Shown: positions 23,352-33,231 of the stretch, piece by piece
How the letters are laid out: the number at the start of each line of letters is the position of its first letter
How positions within the stretch are numbered: the first letter of the stretch is position 1
Assembly: GCA_040285825.1 (NCBI GenBank)
Contig: JAUPSS010000010.1
Coordinates: forward strand, 1,238,881 to 1,302,880
Origin: Eukaryota sp. TZLM1-RC
Taxonomy: Eukaryota > Protista > Metamonada: BaSk clade
Direction: 5' to 3'
DNA: 64,000 bases
Made by a program: the position numbers and the translations under genes
The notes under the pieces: model-generated
What the model was told of the DNA's origin: nothing
Databases searched by the model: none
Seen by the model: only the letters and a program-made list of their open reading frames with translations

Positions 23352-26300
23352 TGATGATCTGTGGGGGTTAGACATTGAGTATACCTTAAATGTAATTTAT
23401 TACAAGGGAATGAGGATTTCCCTTAACTTAAGCGCATGGGCGCAATAATACAATAACTATTAATAAACTATAAATAAACTATTATAAATATTATCCAAGG
23501 CTAACACTGCCCTTTCTTCTTTTCGAGCGTCGAGGCCTGATAGGAGTTGGATTAACATTATTGTTAATATTATCAGAACGACGTTTACGGCGTGAAGGAC
23601 GAGAGCGAGTATTAGAAACAGACTTGGAGAATTCTTTATAGGCAGAGGTGTTTTGAACAGTCGAAACCAGCTCAGTGGTAATATGATTGCCAGGCCATTG
23701 GATTTGACAGTAATCACCATCCTGGCTGAGGACTTTCTGGATGGATCACGTGCTCTTCTGCATCGCCAGCAGCAACCCAGGAGTGAAATTCATCATCTGC
23801 TGGTAAACTGGAATGCCAAGGTTGGAGGTGCTTCACACTGGCTTTAACAACCATACCAGTACACAGATTCTTGATGTCAGCTGTGGAGGTAGAGGGTGTG
23901 TCAATAACTAAGAATGGTCCTTTGTAATTACCATGTAACTTAGCAGTGGAAGACGAAGCTCGTTTGAACAATTGGCCAGGAAAGAAAGGGTTGGCTTCGA
24001 TTTGGGAATCACGAGGAGGAGCCTTGGAAGCTTGACGGAGCTCTGCTTCCTCCTGTTTCTTCTTCAATCTAGCAAATTTAGATTGAATGTCGTTGATATA
24101 TGTTGACTCAGACGTTGAGCTTTCGAGGGTCTCTATGATTTTGCCGGTTTGGGAATCGGTTTGGGAATCTTCGATTTGGGAATCACGAGGAGGAGCCTTG
24201 GAAGCTTGACGGAGCTCTGCTTCCTCCTGTTTCTTCTTCAATCTAGCAAATTTAGATTGAATGTCGTTGATATATGTTGACTCAGACGTTGAGCTTTCGA
24301 GGGTCTCTATGATTTTGCCGGATTCAGCTCTGGGGCTAAAATCTGAACCAAACATGAGCTCGTATGGAGAGTAACCTGTAATCGAACTCTTGGATGAGTT
24401 GATTAACAATTGTACATAGGGTATGTACTCTGACCATGCATCGTAGGCGTTAAAATCTACGAGCAGCTTCCTCAAATTCTGCAAAATGTCACGGTGACGG
24501 CGTTCGACTAAACCGTTGGACTGAGAGAAGTGAGGGACGGACTTTGAGAGCTCTATACCCAAAAACTCACATAGAGCGTCGAAGACAGCTTTTGAGAACT
24601 CAGGACCGTTGTCACTATGGACTATGAACGGGATCCCGAATATCGCACATACCTTCCATATGAGAGCGTCGGCAGTAAGGTTGGCGTTGAGTTCTTTGAG
24701 AGGGACTATGATAGTGAACCTCGTGAAGCTATCCACAAATACAAGAATGTATCTGTGGCCGTCTTGATCTTCTGGAAGAGGACCAATGACGTCGACGTTA
24801 ACTCTTGCGAATGGTCTGTCAGCCCACAAGGAACCAGTTGTAGGGACATGTAGTTTGGGGACTGCTGCTGTCTTCTGACAGGAGGGGCATTCTTGGACGT
24901 GCTTGGTCATGTCTGAAAGCATGTTAGGCCACCAGTAGTCGCTGTTCTTGAGTCTGAGGAGACTTTCTGCCTTACTGGGGTGGCCACCTTGCGGGAGTCC
25001 ATGTAGAAGGTTAAGCGTATCCTTAACCAGTGATTGAGGAATCACGATCTTGTGCTCTGGAGTCAGATAAAGATCTAGACGACTATCCAAAGTACAGTTG
25101 TTAAACGAGGTGTCCTGGTTAGCGAGGGCTCGCTTATGTTCGGACCTGATTTTGCAGAGCCATGGCTCGAAGAGTGGAAGGTCATTGGAGCATTTATCTT
25201 GAAGGATAAGCACCTTCTCGAATGTATGGAGATCTTCAACAAAGCATCTCTCTGACTCCGTTTCATCAATCCTATTTGTGTAGTAGATAGGGTGAAACTC
25301 TTGGTCGTTGGAATGAACCAGATGGTTGATGGTATGATTGTCTTGGGGCGGTACTATCCTAGATAGCATGTCTGCCCAATGGTTTTCTTCCCCTTTTGTA
25401 TGAACGATGTCGAATAGGAACTCAGAAAAGATGGGGAGCCACCTTCTGACTATTCTGTTTTTGTTCGGAGCGGTAAGCATGTAAGTAAGGTTTCGGTGAT
25501 CTGTGCAAATGATCAGACGCCTTCCTTTAAGGTAGTTCTCGAAGCCACTTTCGGTAAGCATGAGAAGGATAGCGTAAAGCTCTTTCTGTACCGTGGGCCA
25601 GTTCTGCTGGGAGTTAGTCAACAATCTGCTGAAGAAGCTGATTGGTCTGCATTTCCTATTGAGTAAGGAAGTACCAGGGTCCTTAGTGGGTTCTATTTGT
25701 TCCCAAATCACGCCGCCAACTGCTATATCAGAGGCATCGCAACTGATTAGTACTTGGTTATCCACCGGAGGTAAGTTTAGAGGCATATGCTCCGCGATCA
25801 GGCGTTTGATTTCGGCTAAATGGTAGTCGTGAGTGTCTTTCCACTGCAGGCGACGTGGTTTGCCGTGTGTTAATTTGATGATCGGGGCAACATGCTTGGT
25901 TACCTGGGGAAGCCATTCCCTAATGAAGTTGACTGAGCCGATAAGGCTACGGGCGTCTTTCACAGTCTTAGGTCTGGGAAGATTCAGTAAAGACTCTGTG
26001 CGTGTAGGATCAATGGTCCTGGTTTTGTGTTGGAATCTGCTACCAAGGATCTTTATTGGGTGTCTAGAGGACACAAAATGGCACTTGGGCAGTCCAAGGC
26101 TAACTCTACGGGTTCGAGCTTTCTCGAGGACACGTCTTAGACGTCCGAGGAACTCGTTGAAGGTTCTACCTACTATAATGATGTCATCTATATAGATGAA
26201 TACACCGTCTCCGGAGAAGATGTCTGCCATAACGTTCTGGAAAACTGCAGGAACGTTCTTGAGGCCGAAAGCAGCACGTTTAAACATGATACTTTTGCCA

Positions 26301-29300
26301 GGGATGCTTAAGGCAGTCTTCTGCCAGTCCTTTTCTGCAATCTTTAGTTGCCAAAAGGCTTTGGGGAGGTCAAGGGTACCGATGAAATTGGCTTCCGAAA
26401 GGAAGACTAGCACATCGGATATTCTTGGGAGATTAGGTTCAACGGGAATAGTGTTGGCGTTGACTCCGTCCTTGCCGCTGTAATCACCAGTAAGGCGAGG
26501 CTTACGATGATCAGGGTATACCACAAGACATACTGGAGAGCTGAACTCATGGTTCGATGGTACAGCAAATCCAGACTCGACGAGTTCATCGAAGATCTGT
26601 TCGGCGACTTTCTGCTTCTCGGGGTTTAACCTACGAGGGGGTCGTCTGACTCGAATACTTTCATCATGAAAGTTGATCTCCATTGGAGGACAGTCAATCC
26701 CATCCGCATGCGGCTTAAGGGTGAATGTTTCTTCGAACTCTTTCAAGGTTAGAAGTAAGGTCTTCTTGTCGTTATCACAGTCGAGGTTAATAGTACAACC
26801 AGAAGACTGTATGTGCTCCAACCAACGTCTGGGGACGTTGACGACATCTGAGACTTGGGAGATTCGATGGTCGAATTCAGCCTCAGGCAGAAGTAATGTA
26901 CGATGTTCCTCATCCATCTTGATGAAGAGGCCTTCATCGTCCAATAAGCCTAGGTGATGCAACAGGTCTCTTCCAATTAGTAACATATTGTTGCCAGGAA
27001 TGATGGCCAAGCTATGTTTCACATGAACTAATTGGGTTACAATACCGAGTCTGAAGCTCAGTGTGCCTTCTGCTGATCCTGAAGACTTCGACATGATGTT
27101 GTTTGCAGACTTAAAGTTTATGCAATGGTTAGTCTTTACCATGTTGCATCTCTCTGCTAAATCAACAGTGATGACTGATATCGAAGCTCCAGAGTCGATG
27201 ATCCCTTCTATTTCGCAGTTATTTATTGAAAATTTCAATTTTAAATTTTTGCGTGCGACATCTGAGGTGCGAACCATGAAGATATCGCTGTGGGATTCTG
27301 AGTCTGGGTTCGAGTCGAACTCATGATTGAAACAGGGTTTATTTGGTGTTTCTATCGTTGTAGCTGTTTTAAAATTCCGGGTAGTCAAAGGATTAGTTAA
27401 ACACTTAATCCACTGGTTGGAGACTGAGGTTTGTTTTATGTTTGGTGTTTTACGTGCTGGAGAGCTGTCTTGCTCTATAGTAAACAAGGAACATTTGTTT
27501 GAACGTTGCTTTGATGTATTACCTGTTGGAGAGCTATCTTGCTCTATAGTAAACATTGAATATTTATGGGAACGTTTATTACTACTAGAAGGGCCCTTGC
27601 CTCTTCCTCTACGTCTACCTCTGCCTCTACTACTACTACTACTACCCCTAGCCAAATATGCTCGAACGGCATCTGGGTTGGCATCTCGCCATTGCTTGGA
27701 TCGCTGGCAATCAGGGTCGGGACATTCGTTAATAGAGTGGCCTGGAATACCACAGAATCTACAGAGACCAGCTTTATCTCTTTCTTTCTTAATTTGCGAC
27801 TTGCTCCTTTTGGTAAGTTGAGCAGGGGCGACGCTGGAACCCGCAGGCTTAAATTTGCCTATTCTTTTCTTGTCCTTTGGGTTTGCTCTAACATAGTGAC
27901 CCATATGTTGTTGATAGCTGTCACTGATGTTGGCCCTTTGCTCGTCATAGGATCTTGCTGAACACCAACTCATGTATTCAGCAGCAAGGATGTCGACAAA
28001 TTGTTGTAAAGTATGGTGTTGCCAAACATTGGGTGTGGACCATACTGTTCTCAGGTTGTCACTGATGCCCTGAATACCAACAGAATCGATCATATGGGTT
28101 GCAATTTCCCAGTTTTGAATGCGCTGTAGGAAATGTTGACCATACAAGGCACGGTCGCTTGCCCTGACGTCAGAAATGGCCGTACTTCGTGAAACTGTTC
28201 TCATTAGCCTCACAGTGAAGTCGCCCCAGCGATTCCTAAAGTCCTGAATATTCCAATTCATCTGAACTCTATATAACTGATTCCTCGCCGTTTCTAAAGT
28301 ACTATACTGGCTGAGGTGTAAAATTGATTCCCATATTTGCTCCTCATTAATGTTGTCGATAGCTGAGATACAATCAGACATAGACGAAAACCTGCCTTGA
28401 GCTCTCAGAGCGGCCAAGCACTCTGGAATAACACAGGAGGCAATCCTACGAGGGTCGACTTGAGCAGCAGCTCTGAATCGGTCCCACTCGTGGAGGGGGT
28501 TACCATATCTCTGATCGAGAGGGAGGTTCCGGTTTTCTCTGCTTATGGATTGAGGAGTGGCAGGAGGACGAGAACGTTCCTCAAGTTGCCTTCTTAATTC
28601 AAACACTTCTCTTGCTAGTCTGACTTGAGTAGGATCAGATTCATTGATGTCTCTCTCTTCAATGGTCCTCTCAGTCCTAGCATACAGAATAAATCTGTCG
28701 ATGAATTTCAAGATCCTTACTGGGTCAGAGATATCGTTGGCTTCCAGGGTGGGTTTTCTAGGACGACCACCTCTTTGTCTATCTCTATCTCTATCTTGTG
28801 AACTCGCCATAGCTTCCATCAGTAGAGTGTTGGAATACTGGGGAGCTATGGGAGTGTTAGAAGGAGTTACTCCTAGGAGCCTAGGGTCCTGAGGAACCTG
28901 GGAAGGAGTTGATGGATCCTGAGATTGGACAACTACAGGTTGTTGCATTGTTTCAACAGTGTCAGTAGTTGCCATTGGCTCATCTTGTTGTTGGTCATCT
29001 TGAGGCTCAATGCTCAAAGATGAGAAAACTGTGTCTGTCTCAACTGGGTCAGGCTCAGAAGTTCTCAATTCTACTGGGTCATGATCGCTCGGATAGTAAC
29101 TTTGCACATTACCATCGATATTGACCCACAGAAGAGAACTAGAATTGGTGACACCAATGTTCTCCTGTACATTCATCAGGGCATCCCTTAGTGGCCTATT
29201 CCTTCTATGCTCCGGACCAAAATATGACGCGCAATGGTCTGGTCTGCGGTCTTGAAGGTACAATCTTTGGTAGTTCGTAGTGTAAGTGTACCACCATCCA

Positions 29301-30810
29301 GTCCTGAAGTCTCTATTGATATAAATATCAAGAGAGGCATTGTATCCAGGGCTAAACCTGGGGAAAGGACATGGGTTACATCGGTTGAGGAAGAGATTCA
29401 GCTCATCACCAGCGAAGATCCTCTGTACACCTTCACGAGGAGTTCTGAACCCTCCAACAGTATCCCGTTGAGGATAATTTGGAGGAGGGTCACAACGAAC
29501 CGTAAGATTGTCTACTTCCTCCGTTGGGAAGTAGGGGCCTATTCTTCTGCGTATCCTAAAGCCGTGATCATTAACCACTTCTGGACCCCAAAATGGGGGT
29601 AAAGAAGCAATGAGTTCGTTGGGAGGAATCGATGCAGGATCTCCTTGCATTAACTCAATACCAGCATTGAGAACTAAAGTTTGAGCTTCAGTCCTCTGCT
29701 GAGTAGAGATGAAAGGAGAATCTGATTCCTGGGGCTGGCTTGGGGCTTGATAGGTGTTAGGCTGTGCAGCGCTAAGCACCTGCCAAGCAGCAGGAACAGA
29801 AGAAACAACGTGACCTTGCTGAGGAGTCTGGCCAGAGGTTGGGGGAATATGAATTGCTCTTCTAGTAGGAACTCCCGAAGGAGGAACAGACGGAGTTGAA
29901 TGGACTTCTGTAGGAGCTACCGTAGAAGAAGTAGAAGGAACTTGCTGTCCTTCCCCAGGAGCTTCCGTAGAAGAAGTAGAAGGAACTTGCTGTCCTTCCC
30001 CAGGAGCTTCCGTAGAAAAAGTGGAAGGAACTTGTTGTCCTTCCCCAAGAGCTTCCGTAGAAGAAGTGGAAGGAGCAACAGGAGCGCAAACAATAGGTGA
30101 AGAGGGAGGCACTACCCTCTTGAGCTTCAACAGCACAGATATCTTGTTGCTGGCTGAGTCAGGGTCAGTCTGGTTGATGATATACTTCAGATATTCATCT
30201 AAAGTACTGAACTGTTCAGGACCTAAAAGGGAATCTTCAACCTCTCCTTCAGAACCAGGGGGAGGAGAAAGAGGTACAAAGTTTTCCACATTAGAGGGAG
30301 GAACAGGAAGACTGATAGGAACCACAGGAACGTCATCCGTAGATGGAGTGGAACCTTGACCCGAGGGTAGAGAGGAAGTATCACTTCTCTCGCCACCAGA
30401 GGGTTGTTCTGTTCCCAACTGAGGAGTTTGGGAGGAAGAACTTGAAACATTGGGTTGTGTAACAGAATCTCCGGAGGGAGGAGTTAACACAGGAGGAGGA
30501 GAAGCATTGCTTCCCTCGGACCCAGTTGACAAGGGTTGTTCTGGTCCCGACTGAGGAGTTCGGGAGGAAGAACTCGAAGAGTGAGACGTAGGAGGATCAG
30601 TCCTAACAGTCTCGGAGTTGTCATTGGAACCACCCAAAGGTGATCCAATACGTATTGATGATCTGTGGGGGTTAGACATTGAGTATACCTTAAATGTAAT
30701 TTATTACAAGGGAATGAGGATTTCCCTTAACTTAAGCGCATGGGCGCAATAATACAATAACTATTAATAAACTATAAATAAACTATTATAAATATTATCC
30801 AAGGCTAACA
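23352..30810 (-). mobile_element. Full-length Ty3/gypsy (chromovirus-like) LTR retrotransposon
   Basis: Identical 155-bp LTRs (23352-23506, 30656-30810) with TG...CA ends; TSD ATTG (23348-23351 / 30811-30814); PPT GAAAAGAAGAAAGGGCAG next to the 3' LTR. Confidence 0.97.
23714..30679 (-). CDS. Single-ORF gag-pol polyprotein (Gag, CCHC, PR, RT, RNase H, IN; chromodomain frameshifted)
   Basis: CRFCGIPGHSINEC; IIDSGAS; LDLPKAFWQ and YIDD; CDASD; H..GH...CPSC; VDV, SDNGPEF, NGLVER; domain order PR-RT-RH-IN. Confidence 0.97.
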   Translation of the reverse strand: MSNPHRSSIRIGSPLGGSNDNSETVRTDPPTSHSSSSSSRTPQSGPEQPLSTGSEGSNASPPPVLTPPSGDSVTQPNVSSSSSQTPQLGTEQPSGGERSDTSSLPSGQGSTPSTDDVPVVPISLPVPPSNVENFVPLSPPPGSEGEVEDSLLGPEQFSTLDEYLKYIINQTDPDSASNKISVLLKLKRVVPPSSPIVCAPVAPSTSSTEALGEGQQVPSTFSTEAPGEGQQVPSTSSTEAPGEGQQVPSTSSTVAPTEVHSTPSVPPSGVPTRRAIHIPPTSGQTPQQGHVVSSVPAAWQVLSAAQPNTYQAPSQPQESDSPFISTQQRTEAQTLVLNAGIELMQGDPASIPPNELIASLPPFWGPEVVNDHGFRIRRRIGPYFPTEEVDNLTVRCDPPPNYPQRDTVGGFRTPREGVQRIFAGDELNLFLNRCNPCPFPRFSPGYNASLDIYINRDFRTGWWYTYTTNYQRLYLQDRRPDHCASYFGPEHRRNRPLRDALMNVQENIGVTNSSSLLWVNIDGNVQSYYPSDHDPVELRTSEPDPVETDTVFSSLSIEPQDDQQQDEPMATTDTVETMQQPVVVQSQDPSTPSQVPQDPRLLGVTPSNTPIAPQYSNTLLMEAMASSQDRDRDRQRGGRPRKPTLEANDISDPVRILKFIDRFILYARTERTIEERDINESDPTQVRLAREVFELRRQLEERSRPPATPQSISRENRNLPLDQRYGNPLHEWDRFRAAAQVDPRRIASCVIPECLAALRAQGRFSSMSDCISAIDNINEEQIWESILHLSQYSTLETARNQLYRVQMNWNIQDFRNRWGDFTVRLMRTVSRSTAISDVRASDRALYGQHFLQRIQNWEIATHMIDSVGIQGISDNLRTVWSTPNVWQHHTLQQFVDILAAEYMSWCSARSYDEQRANISDSYQQHMGHYVRANPKDKKRIGKFKPAGSSVAPAQLTKRSKSQIKKERDKAGLCRFCGIPGHSINECPDPDCQRSKQWRDANPDAVRAYLARGSSSSSRGRGRRRGRGKGPSSSNKRSHKYSMFTIEQDSSPTGNTSKQRSNKCSLFTIEQDSSPARKTPNIKQTSVSNQWIKCLTNPLTTRNFKTATTIETPNKPCFNHEFDSNPDSESHSDIFMVRTSDVARKNLKLKFSINNCEIEGIIDSGASISVITVDLAERCNMVKTNHCINFKSANNIMSKSSGSAEGTLSFRLGIVTQLVHVKHSLAIIPGNNMLLIGRDLLHHLGLLDDEGLFIKMDEEHRTLLLPEAEFDHRISQVSDVVNVPRRWLEHIQSSGCTINLDCDNDKKTLLLTLKEFEETFTLKPHADGIDCPPMEINFHDESIRVRRPPRRLNPEKQKVAEQIFDELVESGFAVPSNHEFSSPVCLVVYPDHRKPRLTGDYSGKDGVNANTIPVEPNLPRISDVLVFLSEANFIGTLDLPKAFWQLKIAEKDWQKTALSIPGKSIMFKRAAFGLKNVPAVFQNVMADIFSGDGVFIYIDDIIIVGRTFNEFLGRLRRVLEKARTRRVSLGLPKCHFVSSRHPIKILGSRFQHKTRTIDPTRTESLLNLPRPKTVKDARSLIGSVNFIREWLPQVTKHVAPIIKLTHGKPRRLQWKDTHDYHLAEIKRLIAEHMPLNLPPVDNQVLISCDASDIAVGGVIWEQIEPTKDPGTSLLNRKCRPISFFSRLLTNSQQNWPTVQKELYAILLMLTESGFENYLKGRRLIICTDHRNLTYMLTAPNKNRIVRRWLPIFSEFLFDIVHTKGEENHWADMLSRIVPPQDNHTINHLVHSNDQEFHPIYYTNRIDETESERCFVEDLHTFEKVLILQDKCSNDLPLFEPWLCKIRSEHKRALANQDTSFNNCTLDSRLDLYLTPEHKIVIPQSLVKDTLNLLHGLPQGGHPSKAESLLRLKNSDYWWPNMLSDMTKHVQECPSCQKTAAVPKLHVPTTGSLWADRPFARVNVDVIGPLPEDQDGHRYILVFVDSFTRFTIIVPLKELNANLTADALIWKVCAIFGIPFIVHSDNGPEFSKAVFDALCEFLGIELSKSVPHFSQSNGLVERRHRDILQNLRKLLVDFNAYDAWSEYIPYVQLLINSSKSSITGYSPYELMFGSDFSPRAESGKIIETLESSTSESTYINDIQSKFARLKKKQEEAELRQASKAPPRDSQIEDSQTDSQTGKIIETLESSTSESTYINDIQSKFARLKKKQEEAELRQASKAPPRDSQIEANPFFPGQLFKRASSSTAKLHGNYKGPFLVIDTPSTSTADIKNLCTGMVVKASVKHLQPWHSSLPADDEFHSWVAAGDAEEHVIHPESPQPGW

Positions 30811-31139
30811 ATTGCGGTGGTCCATTGGTGATCATTGAGTAGAAGGCCATAAATGTTGGGAATTTGGAAGATAAGGCAACTTGAGCAACTGTCTTCAAGA
30901 TCAATCAAAAAGTTTGCAAAAACGGGACTTTTTTCTTTAGCCAAGCTAAGACGTACAATATAATCCAAGTTATACATATTAATCGATTTATTAATGTTTA
31001 CTTTGATCAACCAGATGTGGAAAATGTGTTAGCAGAAATGCACAAGCTGGGTGGATACTCAACGCCATTATCTATAATAAGATATTTATTGAATTTGTAC
31101 ACTTAATTAAATTAACTCATAACTAATGGGACACCATTA

Positions 31140-32637
31140 TCTACAATTGATTCACTTTATAAATTTAGGCTTCATCAATTCAAAAACTTGTTTTTAGTTG
31201 ATGATAGAGATTGCTTCAGTTTTTTGTTTCATCATCCTCAAAATATTTCAGACCTTCTGAATGATGAATTTTTCGATTTATGTGAACAACATGATATAAG
31301 AAAGCAATTACCAGCAATTACGATTGCCCATTATATTTCCAGTAGAGAGAAAAAACCTTATCATATTTCTGCTGTTTCAACCACTGTAGGTTCTGGATAT
31401 TTTCCAATTGATACTAGAACAATATGGGCAATTATTAGACAAACATTAATTGATGGTTAATCACCTACACAGACGATGAAAATGTTCAATACACTAGCCC
31501 AAATTACGAAATTCAAACCACCTAAGCAATTTGACTTTTGGTCTAATATTCTCGATTTAGACCAACCAATGTTCGAACAGAAGAACTTCAAATTCAACAA
31601 CATTATCCACACAGATGGATTTAATATTGCATTAGAATTTGTTCGTCAATATTTACAAGGTCAGAAATGTAAGCCAGACAACAAGGCCAGAATTTCGGAT
31701 TTATATATTGATGATGATGATGTTGATACTTTTCAACACAAACGAATTGTTGTTTGTGATCCTGGAAAACGTGATTTATTGTATTTTGGCAGCAAAAAGA
31801 CTGATGAAGAACTAGCAATGGTGCCTGAACATGAAACGGAACAGCAAAGAAATAGTGGGGTGATGAATCAAGACAAGAAGTACAAATGGTTGAGAATGAC
31901 TCAGATGTCCTGGTCTTTGAAAAGTAGGATGAATGAAAAGCAAAAACGATGGGCGATAAAGTATACTGAGGTAGATTACGACAGGCACCAAATGATAGCG
32001 TCTAACGAAATGACAAATATAGATGCAAACACCGAATTATCCGCGTTTGCTGCAAATTCAGCAACTTTTATAGATTTTTCCAACTTTGTGGTTGTCAAAC
32101 TTAGGCAAGTTTTTTTTGACAATTGACTTTTACAGTCTTGATTTGTGGAGCATTCACAAAATGCAAGCTTTTATTCACAAGCAAAAGACTGATAGTTGGT
32201 TGTTAAAAAACCTTGTTCAGCAGTTTGCCAACCCAAAAGACACTTTAATACTAATGGGTGATAACGGTAAAGAAGGTTCCAAGAATTTGAAACATCAGAG
32301 ACCTACTCGAGGCATTGGATGGATTCAATTTCTGAAAAGAAATGGATTGGAAATATTAATGATTAATGAAGCTTTCACTTCAGCAAAATGTCCTGTTTGT
32401 TTTGAAAAGGTTGCTACGTTTTTGAAAGTAACAAATCCCAGATTCTATAGAAGAGAAAAGACTCCTGTTACTACATGTCATGGTTTATTAGCTTGTAATA
32501 GTGAGAGTTGCAAAACCAGTAACAAAGGCTCAACAAAGTTGTTCAATAGATATAAGCTGGCTTGCCTGAATATGTTTGCAATTGCAGAAGCCAGAATGAG
32601 TGGTAATGAAAGGTCTCAGTATCTGTGTAGTAGATAG
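31140..32637 (+). pseudogene. Fanzor family B, copy 1 (stop + frameshift; RuvC-III Asp position is Tyr)
   Basis: IHTDGFNI, RuvC-I VVCDPGKRDLL, LILMGD, RuvC-II INEAFTSAKCPVC, HGLLAC...C, FNRYKLACLN. Confidence 0.9.
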
Positions 32638-32687
32638 TTTTTGTAATTGGTCCACACGAAAATTGATCGTGTATTTATCGTGTATTT

Positions 32688-33160
32688 GTGAGATCCACTG
32701 ATGTCTGTAATGATTCTTTTATTCCAATGGCTCAATCAAAATATAGGAACCTCTTAAATGTTTCTGAAAAAGCCAAAATTGACAAATACAAAGCAAAATT
32801 GTTATCCTTGATTGCAGAATCGCATACTCATTATGTCCTCTGTCCATTTGCAGTTTCCCTGCATGGCACGCTTGGACCTCTTGCTTTGTCTTTTCTGGAT
32901 GATTTTATTGAAATTGTGAAACAACGTACTGGAAGAGTTTTTGACAAGAGTTTTTGGCAAAACAGAATTGTATTTTCAATGTTCAAAGGTGTTGTTCCCT
33001 TATTATCTTCAGCTTTGTTATCTCTTGGACGCGTTTATGAAAGAAAAATCTCCAGTCAACTCTGATTCTTGGCTGATTTGGGTTATGAAGACATAGAATT
33101 TTAACCTTGTCGTATAGTTTGTTTTTTATCGGAATAAATAGAAAATTCTTTCAAAAAAAA
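32688..33160 (+). mobile_element. 5'-truncated non-LTR retrotransposon (family C) inserted in the Fanzor B 3' end
   Basis: RLE C-terminus (SEKAKIDKY, CPFAVSLHGTLG, FWQNRIVF); poly(A); 7-bp TSD TGTATTT (32681-32687 / 33161-33167). Confidence 0.88.
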
Positions 33161-33231
33161 TGTATTTATGGGAATTACCCACATTAGTGTAAAGAACACT
33201 TATTCCATTGTTATAGACATTATCTGTAGGA

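Larger units (their letters stand above)
22640..30975 (-). mobile_element. Family-B non-LTR retrotransposon 3' fragment, split by the LTR element (pieces 22640-23351 and 30811-30975)
   Basis: Rejoined pieces match the intact copy at 49080-49260; RLE motifs CRC..H..NC, HDSVRD, RRADL, D...D, KKIKKY. Confidence 0.9.

Noticed and set aside
24617-30450. Many short antisense/overlapping ORFs within gag-pol
   Set aside because: Shadows of the long ORF with no motifs of their own.
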